This document shows, one piece after another, positions 12,077 through 24,515 of a stretch of DNA of 64,000 nucleotides. The translations under genes and the position numbers were made by a program. How positions within the stretch are numbered: position 1 is the first letter of the stretch; each line of letters begins with the position of its first letter. The notes beneath the pieces are model-generated. The model did not search any database. It worked only from the letters and a program-made list of their open reading frames with translations, and was not told the DNA's origin. Origin of the DNA: Trichodelitschia bisporula (lineage: Eukaryota); assembly GCA_010356995.1 (NCBI GenBank), contig ML996700.1, forward strand, positions 124,001 through 188,000, written 5' to 3'.

Positions 12077-14940
12077 GACCGGCGCTTAGCGTGGTCGTGC
12101 GACCTCAGCTGCCCCAAGCGGCCAAGTTCAGACCAAGGTGACAGGCAAGCTTAAGGCGTAAATGAAAGCGGAGAAATACGGTAGCAAGAAACAGAAACAT
12201 GGGACAAGAATGAAGTGCGGCACTGTTCATAGCCAGTTCGAAGGGGCGCCAGGGAAGGTGGGGAGTACTCCATGACTTAAGGCTGAATATTGGGGTCCGA
12301 AATGGGCGAGACGACGCCGCAGTGCTGCATGGGATGCGCTGTGGCTGAAAGGGGCGAATGGTGTTTGGTGGGGTTGTGCATCGCGATATATCGGTAGCTA
12401 TTTTTCGTTCATTCTACAAATGAGAGAGGCACAGTCAGCATGAGATGTAGTACCAAAGTCCATAGAATCGTTCTCGGCGACCCTGCTGCTCATGACATTC
12501 TAAAAGGTAACATTTTGCTCATCCAGATAGTAACATCTTGATGGCCATCGTCGTTTCACCTTGACCGGTCAGGCGTAATTGGCTAGAATGCCATGGCCCC
12601 CAGTGATCCCCCCCAGTGATCGCCCGCAGCAAGGGCTTTGCCGAAACGTGTGACGGGATGAGCGGGATGACGCTGCTCCACCAGCAACGACGTCCTTTGA
12701 CTGGAGGACACACTGTCCATAGGGGTGAACCTGCATGTCTTGCCAGGGCCGAGAAGCGGCTCTGCTTGGTGGAAAGACAGAACATTACCAAATATCAATG
12801 GAGAACAAAAGGGGGTTTGCAGATGAGACAGAGAGCTGTGAAGCGATAGGCTCGCGAAAAAAGATCGAGGAGCGCGAGAGCTGAATGCAATCGAAGCGAT
12901 CTCGCTTCGATAATGAAATGCGGCGACATCTCCGGTGCTGAGAGAGAGAACTTGGAGATGGACGCTTCCAGGCGCAGCCGACCGGCTCTCAACTCGCTTC
13001 TCGTTTCTAAAAATAGGAGACTCGTCGTCCAACACCACCTCTTCTTCAGCCAACAAATCTTGACTGGGCTGCGCAATACATAATCTTTGAATGGAAGTTC
13101 ACGTCTCCATGTACGGAGTACTGTAGGCGAAGACAGGAAAGACGACGTATGGTGAGTTCGTTGATGCTGATTCCGTCCATGTTACATAGCCTCATCTTGA
13201 CAATTCTCAAACTAGTACGGTACAGAGGCCAGGACTGTCTTGTGGCATGCGGAGCAGATTCCAGATTCGTGTGTTCATACTGCGGGCTTGACGGCTTCAC
13301 AGCGTTACACTAATGCTTTCATTTAGCACTTATCGTCTACCGTATGGCATGCGTGAATATCATTACCGGCTTGGGACTTCGCCATTGACGTCCTACGTTC
13401 TCAGCTTGATGAGGCAGTCTCCGACTGCTTTCCATGGTGCCCATAGACATTTCCGCCTGGATGTCGTTCTGAGAACATGCTGATGATACCGGCAATACGG
13501 CTAGATCATGATAGGAGTGAGGTCCGTCGTGGGTTAGGGATCAGGCAATCTTATCCACTTCTGTGGTGCAATGCGAGCGTCAGCAGGCTGCCTTTTCGCC
13601 CGCATAAGGTTATCGGATTCTGCCCTTCGGAACCCCGTGGTCAAGAAAACACACCCCTCAGTTTGGATGGACCGAGCTGTTGGGACATGACAGGCCCATG
13701 GCTTTGCTTTGTTGGCCTCTTACCGTGAAGGCATCTCCTCATCAGCTGCAGGAACCCTCAGTCAGCATACGGTACGGTAGTGCACCAAGGCCCAGGGGTG
13801 TCTGCTCCTTATGGTATGTGCGCATGAATGAAACAAAAAAGAGAAAATTTGACAGTTTGTTTGGCAAAGAGAGATTTTCGCCTCTCGGTGAGCGCGACTA
13901 CCGTACGGTAGCAGCCGCCCATGACAGCCAATGCACCCCACGAACTTCAGCGGTAGAAAGATCACGGGGAAGCGTGCATACTGGCGGCAAAAATGCCGCG
14001 CGAAAAGTCTGCGCGGCCAAGTGCCCCAAGGCAGTCCAGACTCTAGCTTCGTGAATTACCGCCGTAGTGAATACCGTATGTGCGATACCGTACCGTAGAA
14101 GGGGTTTCTCTGTCCACGCGTGTGAGAATAGGATAGGCATTGGACAGCCGCAGGTCGTAGTTTTCATGGAGATTAACGCTGACATGAGCTGGTGGTATGA
14201 GATCAACCGATTGCGACGTAGGACATACGGTGGGTTCACCCTGCTAGGACTCCTCGCTGATCTCGGAGGTTGAAGAGAGTTAAGGACGCCTGCTAAATAA
14301 CGTCATGCTTGTGTTGGAGGGTCTATCAGGATATCCGACTTGTTTTTACAGTGAGGGGTGTACAATGCTTATCGCAACTCTTATCGGCTTGCCCCGCGTT
14401 CTGGTGGCGGGTGGAGAGAAAACTGATGGCGAAAGGCGATGCAAGACGATCGGCAGGCTTGGGGACTGGGGGTGGGGTGGGGCTTTGGTGGGGTGGAGCT
14501 CTCTTGGGAGCTTCAGAAGTCCGTCCGCGCTCCGAAAGTTCGCTCGCCGAACTGCACACCTACGTATCACACCACATCATCATCCTCGTCCGCCGCACAT
14601 AGCCTACGGTACTGTCCCATACATACCGTACAGGACCCCTGGGTTCCATCCTTCCTTTTTCTCTCTGAGAAACAGATAAATCTCGTGTCGGCGCTGAAAG
14701 TGATCAGTGACCACACCCAGGCTCCTTAACCCCTCCGCTGCCCCAAAGATACATTCACAGGCTTTCATTCACCAAACTCTAGCAACTACTTCCCACCTCC
14801 CCCGCTACTCGCCTTCCACTCCTAATTGTCAAACCCACATAGCAAAACGTGCGAACATCTCGGAGTGAGCAGCCTTTCCCCGCTTCATTTCCCCATACCC
14901 CGCAGTCCGTTGACTAGTATTTGGACCCCAGCAAACGAAC

Positions 14941-17566
14941 ATGTCTACCGAACTCCCTTTCCTTGCGCCCTCCGAGGCCAAGAAGCGGAAGATTGCTGTC
15001 ATGACCAGCGGCGGCGATGCTCCTGGCATGAACGGCGCTGTGCGTGCAGTTGTTAGGATGGCAATTGCAAAGTTAGTCTTCTCTCACAGGCCGCTACCTA
15101 GTCGGGGCAATTGCTAATGCTCGACACAGGGGCTGTGATGCGTTCTGTATCCACGAGGGCTACGACGGCCTTGTCAAGGGCGGTGATATGATCAAGAAGA
15201 CAGAGTGGGACGATGTGCGTGGATACCTGGCAGAGGGCGGAACACTTATCGGAACTGCTCGGTGTGCGGCATTCCGCGAGCGGTGGGGGCGTTTGAAGGC
15301 GGCCAAGAACTTGGTTGGTGACCCCTGGGCATAACACTCGCAAGTCGAGGCAATCCTGAACGCCTACTGATACCGCCATTTACAGATCGAGAAAGGGATC
15401 GATGCTCTCATCGTCTGCGGAGGTGACGGCTCCCTTACCGGCGCTGACCTGTTCCGCAAAGAGTGGCCCAGCCTCCTGGCTGAATTGGTCGAGAAGAAGG
15501 AGCTCACTGCGGAGCAGACCGAAGGGCACGGGAATCTGAACATCGTGGGTTTGGTGGGTTCAATCGACAACGACATGTGCTCGACAGATGCCACCATTGG
15601 GTGCTACTCGTCCCTTCATCGGATTTGCGACTCGGTTGACTGTATTGCGGACACCGCGCAGTCTCATCAGCGTGCCTTCGTTGTCGAAGTCATGGGCCGC
15701 CACTGCGGCTGGCTTGCGCTGATGTCAGCCATCAGCACGGGTGCCGACTTCCTATTCATCCCCGAGGTTCCTCCCGCTAGAGATTGGAAGAAGGGGATGT
15801 GCAACATCATCACCGAGGTGAGCATTGACGAGGAAGGAAGGCTGGTAGAGCTAACGAGAGTAATAGCATCGCAAGATGGGTAAGCGTACAACCATCGTCA
15901 TTGTTGCCGAAGGTGCTCAGGACCTCGATCTGAAGAAGATCTCTCCCGAGGATGTCCGGAAACTTCTTGCTGAAGAGCTGGGCCTGGACACGCGTGTCAC
16001 TACGCTTGGCCACGTGCAGCGCGGCGGGCAGCCTTGCGCATACGACCGCATGCTATCGACGCTCCAGGGTGCGGATGCCGTAAACGCCGTCCTGGAGGCC
16101 ACTCCGGAGACCCCCAGCCCGGTTATTTCCATCATCGAGAACAAGATAGTCCGCAATCCTCTGGTTCAGGCGGTTCAACTTACCCAGCAGGTCGCCGACA
16201 CAATTGCACGGAAGGAGTTTGACAAGGCCTTACATCTGCGTGACTCCGAATTCGCCGAGTACTTCAAGTCGTACCTCATCACCAGCTCCGTTGACCAGCC
16301 GGATCTCAAGCTTCCCGAGGACAAGCGGATGCGTGTAGGTATCATACACGTTGGAGCGCCGGCCGGTGGGATGAACGCTGCGACGCGTGCAGCTGTCTCT
16401 TACTGCGTCGGGCGCGGCCATACGCCCGTTGCCTTGTATAATGGCTTTAGTGGTCTCATCAGGCACCACGGAGACAAGCCTTTGGGTGCGGTTCGGGAGC
16501 TCACTTGGCTTGACTGCGTTCAATGGACGAGCAGGGGTGGCTCTGAGATCGGAACGTAAGTGGTGTGGAGCGTGACTGACGACAAAAGGCTGACGCTTAC
16601 AGCAACCGTACACTGCCATCTGATAATATGGACACAGTTGCGTATTGCATGGAGCACTACAAGATTGATGCTCTCCTCATCGTCGGTGGTTTCGAGGCCT
16701 TCACTGCTCTGAGCGAGCTTCGGCAAGCGCGTGCCACTCACCCGCAGCTCAAGATCCCGATGGTGATCCTTCCGGCCACGGTGAGCAACAACGTCCCGGG
16801 TACGGAGTACTCTCTCGGCAGCGACACTTGCCTCAACGCTCTGATCGAGTTCTGCGACACGTGTCGGCAGTCGGCATCTTCGTCGCGGCGGCGTGTCTTC
16901 GTCATCGAAACCCAGGGTGGCGAGTCTGGTTACGTTGCGACGATCGCCGGGCTGTCTATGGGCGCCATGGCTGTGTACACTCCGGAAGAGGGCATCAACA
17001 TCAAGATGCTGGATCGCGACATCGACAGCCTGCGCGCAGTGTTCGCCAAGGACAAGGGCCAGAGCCGTGCTGGTAAGCAACACAGCACCTGTTTGACAGG
17101 TAGTGGTTAACCAAAAGCAGGCAAAATCATCCTCCGCAACGAAAAGGCGTCAGACACGTACACGACGGAGGTTATCGCCAACATCATCCGCGCTGAGGCC
17201 AAGGGCCGCTTCGAAGCGCGTGTCGGTATTCCAGGCCACTTCCAGCAAGGGAAGCAGCCGTCGCCGATGGACCGCATTCGTGGTGTGCGCTTTGGCGTTA
17301 AGAGCCTGCAGCACCTCGAGACGTTCTTCGGCAAGACGCCCGACGAGATTGCTGCGGACCCCATGAGCACTGCTGTGATTGGCATCCGTGGAGCGCGTCT
17401 CAAGTTCTCGCCCATGGAGACGATTGAGCGGACGGAGACTGACTGGAAGCACCGTCGTCCGAAGGACGAGTTCTGGCTGGGGTTCAAGGACCTGGTTGAT
17501 ACTCTCAGTGGGCGTCGGCCTCCGAGCGAGGTGCACATGCATGTTCCTGTGCTGATGCCAGAATAG
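14941..17566 (+). CDS. pfkA: ATP-dependent 6-phosphofructokinase
   Basis: [46 protein letters not shown] and duplicated regulatory half ([18 protein letters not shown]). Introns 15072-15129, 15314-15385, 15818-15866, 16556-16602, 17073-17120. Confidence 0.97.
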
Positions 17567-19164
17567 ATGGCGAGTGTTGGGCCTGGCTGTGGTTTATATT
17601 GTCCTTGTTGAACAGACTTGTATCCTAGGCGCAAAATGCGACCGGTGGCGGATGATGGTATGGACTCAAATGCATGGCACCGGTGGTGCACTCTTCATTT
17701 CCGTGCAGCAATGTTTTGCTGCTGTGAGGGATGTCGGGCGATAGTGAAGCTGCATACTGTATGCACGTCAAGTGCGATGGTCCGAGGTTCGATGAATTCG
17801 TAAACCGACCAATCCAGGATTAACGGCGATGCTTTCGGACTTCGGACCCCCACTAAATATCCATTTTGGGGCAACACAGGTCTCCAATTGGCCGCTCTCA
17901 CCTGCAGGACGTGAAGGAGCAAGTACAGAAAAAGGCGAGAGGTGAGCCATGGTTCGTCAGGAAAGGCTTTTCTCAATGAGTAGATCTGCGTCTTTTTGCA
18001 GGGCAAGCGAAACCAGGCAGACGCAAGACGCACGGCGCGGGGATGCGTCCTTCAGGGATGGGAGCCGGAGAGGCTTGCAGGTGGGGGATGGAGAGATGGG
18101 GTTACTCCGACTTTTTATATCCTAGGATATGCGGACCGCGTACTCTAGCCAACAACCCGGTGCAACTGCGGAGTGGCGAGAGAGAGGCTTACCGTAGTAT
18201 AAACGATGAAGCAATAGGAAGAGGGAATGAAGATGGAGATGATGAAATAGGTTGGAATTGAAGTCTCAACAGTACCTGTTGTTTTGCTGGAGGACGAGGC
18301 AAAAGCAAAAGACAGGAGAGTTCGAAAAACGCCATTTGCAGGGGACGTTGGAAGTTGAAGATTGGCTGGAGCCCAATGGGTGGAACTTTGAGCCTGATGG
18401 CGGCCTTGCGGACTTTTTAGTCCCTGAGCCAGGGCAAGTTCTTTCCACCAACATCACCAACTCCCTTCCCTTCCTCCCACCCACCCCCTCCCAGACCACT
18501 CCACACCTCCTCCCCCCTCCCCTCCCCTTCTTCTCCGCATCAACCACTCCCCGCCTAGTGGTATTCCCCTCCTCCTACACCACCACTTCAAACCTCCAAC
18601 CTTTTTTTTTCTCCCCATCGCGTCTCATCGCGTCTCAACTTCTACCTTCTACATCTCGACGCGTCATTGTCTACCACACACTATATTCTACTCCCCCTCC
18701 CCCAAAAAAAAACCGTCGAGAGACATAGCAAGCGTACAGGTCTTCGTTTGTTCATCGTCCTCTTCCCCGTATCCATCTCCTTGGACCCTGTATTTCCTTC
18801 AATTGCTCTCTCTCGCCAGTTCTCGTCCTTTCCGCCTATCCATCAGGGTCTCAAGTGCCTCTTGACGACTGGTTCTAGCCCGCCACCTTCTCATCCCATC
18901 CACCTACTTTGCTACCACACACGCTCGCAACGTCGACACGCTGGATCTGTCATCACGCTGCAGAAATTACCAGCATCCCATAAACTCCGTTCGTTGCAAC
19001 AAGCTGGCCAATATAAATCTAGAGGTGAGCTTTAGCTCCAGTCATTTGGTCCGCTTGTCGCGTCTCTCAACGATTGGAGGCTGATTCGTCGGTTAGATCT
19101 CCAACAACACACCACCCAAGTCAACCTCCAACTTAGCGAGGAAAGTCTCTTCAACTGTTCCATC

Positions 19165-19824
19165 ATGGCCTCTTCATCTACCGCAAACTTCAAACCCCTC
19201 ACCTTCACTCCTGTCAACTTCTCTCTTACGGCTGGGACTCCTATCCCCGCGCCGCCAGACTCACCACCAGACAGTCCCCGCCCTTCTACCCCTGTTGGCG
19301 GCCCCCTCTCGTCGCACCCCACGACGCCCAACGATGTCGAAACTAAGCAACCCGAAGTCAAGCCCAAGCCAGTCGTCCCCCAGAAGCGGCCTTCGTCCGT
19401 GCGCAAACTACTTTCGCTGCGATCTATCCGTCACCGTGACGGCAGCAACGGTCCTCTGAGTCCGGCAAGCATCACGGACAAGGCGTCTACAGACTCTCTG
19501 CGTCCCGGCTCTCCATACACTACGAACACCGTGTTTAGCGGCGCAACCTCGGCGTCAAGCTCGAGACAGAGCGTGTTGCTGAACGGATCCATGTCGCCCG
19601 GTGGAAGCCGGAAACGCAGTGGGTGGTTCGGCAGTGGAGGATCGAGGCGCAAGAGCGGCTTCTTCCCACTGGGAGGCAAGGTCGATGAGCACGGAATGGC
19701 GGTCAACCCAGTGGAAGAGGAGACCGTCAAAGGCCCGCCTCCGCCTACGCTACCCGAATTTCGCGAATTTGCAAGCTTCGAGGCGACGCTTAGTAGCGGC
19801 GATATCTTCAAGGATATCAAGTAG
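19165..19824 (+). CDS. Hypothetical Pro/Ser-rich protein
   Basis: 219-aa ORF with good ATG context (atcATGG); NFSLTAGTPIPAPP..GGPLSSHPTTP and PPPTLPE..DIFKDI segments; probable 5'UTR intron ~19025-19097. Confidence 0.65.
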   Translation: MASSSTANFKPLTFTPVNFSLTAGTPIPAPPDSPPDSPRPSTPVGGPLSSHPTTPNDVETKQPEVKPKPVVPQKRPSSVRKLLSLRSIRHRDGSNGPLSPASITDKASTDSLRPGSPYTTNTVFSGATSASSSRQSVLLNGSMSPGGSRKRSGWFGSGGSRRKSGFFPLGGKVDEHGMAVNPVEEETVKGPPPPTLPEFREFASFEATLSSGDIFKDIK

Positions 19825-20899
19825 GCTGTGGGAATGGGGGTAGACGGGAGGTTGCGGGCTGGCTGTGCTCCAAGAGGAGCCTGTCGCTCTGCTGGATGGC
19901 TCGCTGAGCCGTCTAATGGGAGGAATATGAGATATGTCCTGCGGCAGACGGTTCGGCTGCATTCAAAGAGGTTTTCTTTGCTTTTCGTTACAAGGCGGGG
20001 AAGTGTGGTTTGTTTTGTTACTATATCTTGGAATGGGCTGAGAAGACTGCTGAGATATTTACACATCTAGGGGTCAGTCGGATATCGGTGAGCGGGATCT
20101 GCCGAGAGAGCAGTGGGAAGAGGACATACCCGGTTGCTGCTGTCTATATACCCCTTTGCTTTTTGCGCGGTTTGGCTTCACGTTCGTTATCACCACCAGC
20201 TGCTGCTATCAGGTGCAACCATTCTCTTCTTTCCTTTTGTCATTGGTGGGAACTGGGGGAGGTACCTAGGGGATGGGTCAAAAGTTTCCACTGCACTGAT
20301 TTTCTTGGTCCGCAACTTTAGGCAACTGGGGTGAGGGTTTATCAACCCCTCAGACAGGGAAGCATAAGAGCGATATCTCATTCCACGCCCCCGTAATGTG
20401 GGGGGGAGCCGTGGTTATGTAGCTCCTGCTTGCGGCCCGAGCGGCTGCGAGGCCTGAAATCGATTGATCTGTTTTCCTGCACCTCCCCCACAAAATCCCT
20501 TTTGCTGACGTTCCGTAACGGCGCGGGACGCCCCGCTTTCAATGCACCCGGCTTCGCTCCCGCTGCCGCTTGTCGGATGAACGCAGGGGATGTGGCGCCC
20601 ACGGTGGGTGAAACGCAGCCTCGCGGACTTGGCGGGAGGCTGATGGTGGAGTTTGCGGGGGAGGCGCTATCGGTGGCGGAGGGGGTACAAGTTAGGATAA
20701 AGAGACTATGGGAATAGACTACTGATACAGATTACCGTCTGCGAAGGAGATTTGAACGCCGTGTTTGTCGTCCGCCATTACCGCCTACTCCGATGCAGAA
20801 GCCAGTCGCAAGAAAAGCCCAGTGTATGCGCCAGAAACCCCACTCCCTCCCTCCCTTCCTTCCTCTCCACTACCATCATCCAAACCAACAACCAAACCA

Positions 20900-21912
20900 C
20901 TAAACCAGCCCGCCCACAACCACAACCGCAACAACAACCGCCACCACCCTCCCCCCTGCCCTCCCCATCGGTGCTGCCCCATTCCCATTCCTAACCAGCT
21001 GCGTCGCCGTACACCTATTATCGGGACACGTACTCGTCACCAGCTTCCACCCGGGACTAACCACCGTGCTAACCTGCCCATTAACCACCACCGTCGTCGC
21101 GCCCACCAGCTGCTGCCCAGGCACAACAGGCGCCACATAGCCTGCCGGATAGGCGGCCGCAGCCGCGCCCGGTGGCGGTGCGCCCCCGTATGGCGCGGGG
21201 TGCGCAACCGGTGGCTGAGGGTAGAACTGGTAGCCGGGATTGTGCGGCGGAACGGCGCCGGGGGGTATGAGCGTCGGTGCGGTGGGAATGAATACTGTCT
21301 CGTCAGCCTCAAACAGCCTCTATGTGTCTCAATCGAAGAGCAGGGCCACATACCTGTAGTCGCCGCGCCCCCCAGGCCCGGAATCACACTCCCCACCAAT
21401 CCGGCATACGACCACCCCCCCACCCCAGGCACACTCCCCGTACACGCCGCGCGACAAGCGCAGCACGCAACACCCCCCGCGCCCACACCGTTGCCATACA
21501 CAACAGGCCGTGTGAGAGTCGCCCCTGAAGGACAACACCCGCGCCCGCCGTCAACGGCGTGATAGTCCAAAGCACGTCCGCGATCGTGCGGGCACCCGTG
21601 GTCGGGGGATGGATGGGCGGCGATCAGGGTCTGGAACGGGAGGGTGTAGGTCGCGGGGCCAGGGTAGCAGGAGGGATGGACGGCCCAGGGGGCTGCGTAG
21701 CCGGGGTGCGGCCAGCCGGTGTCGGGGGAGAAGCCGCCGTGGGGGAAGTGGTGGGCTGCCGGGCTGGGAATGGAGTCTGTGGGTGGTGCTGGGGGAGCCG
21801 GAGCGGCGGTTGCGCTGGGGAGAGGAGCGGGGACGGGGGAAGCTGCTGGGGCGGCGGAGGGGAGGGCGTGGGCTCCGCGGAGGAGGAGGGCGAGGAGGAG
21901 GATGTGCATCAT
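20900..21912 (-). CDS. Secreted Pro/Cys-rich, probably GPI-anchored protein
   Basis: Signal peptide MMHILLLALLLRGAHA; Cys cluster; intron 21295-21353 (GTATGT..CTGAC..CAG) joins in frame to the ORF ending at 20900 with hydrophobic tail VVAVVVAVVVVGGLV. Confidence 0.65.
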
Positions 21913-22823
21913 GGGTTCTTGGTGGGGTGGAGGATGGCGGGCGGGCGAGGCGGGGTGGTGGTTCGTCTTAAGGCAGCGCTGGGACCGGGGCTGCAGAAGA
22001 AGCTTTAGTCGTTACCGGGTGCGCAAGTCTGAGGCCATAGTGCGCGGACGAGGGCGTGGCGTGGGTTTGAGGAAATATAGAGGCCATCGTGGGGTCTGCG
22101 GGTACCGAACCGAAGAGGAGTAGTGAGCTGCGAATCGTTCGGCCGGAGGATCCTAGGCGAGTGTTTATCTGGAGGTGAGAGAAAGTGTAACGAAGAGGGC
22201 AGTCGTTTGGGATGAAACGAAACGCGGGAGACTGACCAATGGTAGGGCGAAGAATCAGAGCATCCCAGAGTCTAGAAGGCTAGCCATAGTACAAGTTCGC
22301 AGAAATGTCCGCGGCTGCCTCTGTGCGCTGCAAATTGTTCACGGTATCATGTTGCGATCAGGGCTCAGTTAGTCGAGTGATATGACACAAGGCAGAATTG
22401 TGTTCGCAATGCGGAATTGACAGCAGTGAAACCAAACAGAAACCGCTTGATTGGGAAGCCCACGAGTTGGCAGGTCTAAACGGGCTGTTTGTTTCAAGTT
22501 TCAACCATGTGGTCCATTCACGCCTAAGCGTCAGAACTCGTGGCCTGGGGGGCTAGATCTAGGGTGTTGGCGATCTGATATGTATCGGTGCATTGCCGGC
22601 ACAAGCTGATCAGCCAAACTAGTAGTCCCTGTAAGCAGTTAGCTAGCATGCTCCAAGGAAGCAAATGTGGACCACGGCGAACAGCCATACCGATGTAGAA
22701 TCGGCCCTGTCGTGCGCGCTCCTATTCCAGGCTCATTGGACCCAGTAGAGGTGAGGCAGATATCGCCTTTGCCGCAAAGGGCGTGCCCGAAGGCAGCATG
22801 ATAAGAAAGGTTCTCAAATCGTC

Positions 22824-23979
22824 TTACTCAAGGGCCCCCTCATCTCCATCGTCTCCGTCATCATCGTCGCCGTTCTCGAAGTACTGCTCGGCATTGTAGT
22901 CGTCCTTCGTCCGTTCGGCATAGTCCATCTCCTCGTCCTCGTCTTCTTCCCAGTTCTCGTCCTTCTCCTCCTCGGGCACCTCCTCCTCGTCCTTCTCTTC
23001 AGAGTCGCCCTCCTTGCCCTCTGCCCCCTCGAGATCCTCGTCGTCGAGCTCGCCCAACCGCATCAGGCGCGTCTTCGCGAGCATTGCCTTGCGCTTTGCT
23101 GTGACCGTTGAGGCGTCCTTGGCCAGGGAGGGATCGATGGCGGGCCAAAGCTCCTCCGGGAAATACTCCTTCACTAACACCAATTAGCGTATACACTTGT
23201 CCAGACGGCAGCAAACGTACAGTAGGTCCGCGCCTTCAGCCCAGGCACCGTGCGCTTCGGCTTCGAGTACTTGGCGGTGTACACGGGCATGCCCTCGAAG
23301 GGATTGTACTTGGACTTGATCTTGGACGGCTGCTGCGGTCCCGACTTGGTGATGCGCGAGTTATTTCCGGCTAAGACGACATGAAGCGGGCCCTGACGGA
23401 TGCGCGACCGCAGGGAACGGAAGTAGGAGAGGCCCTGGCGCTCCGCGAGGTTCGCGGGAGGGGCAATGGGAGTAGTGGTCTCCTTCTCGGGGGTTAGCAT
23501 ATCTTTTTGCTTGCTCGAAAGCCGTGACATCATATGGATGTAGTCGATGTTCGCCTATGCTTGGGGAGTGGGAGAAGCGGATATGGTGAAAAGGCGTCCC
23601 AGGATAACAAACGCAGGGCAGAGCGTCGGGGTGGAGGATGAGGATGCGGAGACGGTAAGACCAAGAGGTTGGCGGGGAATGGCTCCAATGCTGGTCCATC
23701 AACGCCGAGTGCAGCCATCCCCTGCGACCATCAGTGGCGCATCTCATTTTCGTGCTGTGAAAGGCAGTGCGACTGTCGTGGCACCTATGATGCCGCCGAA
23801 CGGGCGAGAGGGAGAGAGAGAGAGAGAGAGAGAGGGAAAGAAAGAGACACACGCACCGGATAGCGTTCTTGAGGCTTGAACACAACCTTCAGATTCGGGT
23901 TATTGTCGATGCCGCCTGGGCCCTTGTTGCGACCAGCTCCTCCACCTCCGCGGCCGCCACGGCCTCCTCTACCGGACAT
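22824..23979 (-). CDS. RPC31: DNA-directed RNA polymerase III subunit Rpc31
   Basis: MSGRGGRGG start, KPQERYP, YNPFEGMPVYTAKY, YFPEELW, acidic tail with DDYNAEQYFENGDDD. Introns 23483-23856 and 23174-23220. Confidence 0.85.
23812..23834 (+). repeat. (GA)n microsatellite in RPC31 intron 1
   Basis: About 11 consecutive GA units read directly. Confidence 0.9.
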
Positions 23980-24515
23980 TGTTGTAGGTGTGAGAAGTTG
24001 AAAGAAGCCGGTGTACGCTGGTGAAGGTTGTGAGTAGTTTTGCGGGGGAAGAAGAGTTGTGGTTTGCGAGCAGCGGAGGTTTGAGTAGGGTGGAGTCAAC
24101 GGGGCGAGGGGGGAAGAGAGAAGCTTGACGCGGGCCAAAAACTGCAGTGGGGTACCAAGTGGGGTCCCCCCTCATCTTCCCCTCTACGAACCCCTCTACC
24201 CCACTACCGTCTACTGTACCTTCTGCCTCCTCCTTCACTTCGTCATCCATCATCTATCGTCCTCAAAAACAACAGCGGCTTCGTTGGTGCACCACCTAGC
24301 CCTTACAATCACGCTTTTCAAACTCGATACCAGCTCTGCTTCACTCCGTGACGCGTCTCAGGAGCTGGAGAGCCTCCTCCGCCACCGCGCCAACCGCACT
24401 TGCTGTCGGCGACGCTCCCTCCTGCCAGCACGTCCGGCACCCCACTTCCTAGCCTCCCACAGCTCCTCCACACTCGACATCTACTTCTACCTTGAGGTCA
24501 CACTCATATTTCACC

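Noticed and set aside
14461..14496. G-run tracts (also 49633-49651) as G-quadruplexes
   Set aside because: G/C runs are common throughout this window; no evidence of a specific function.
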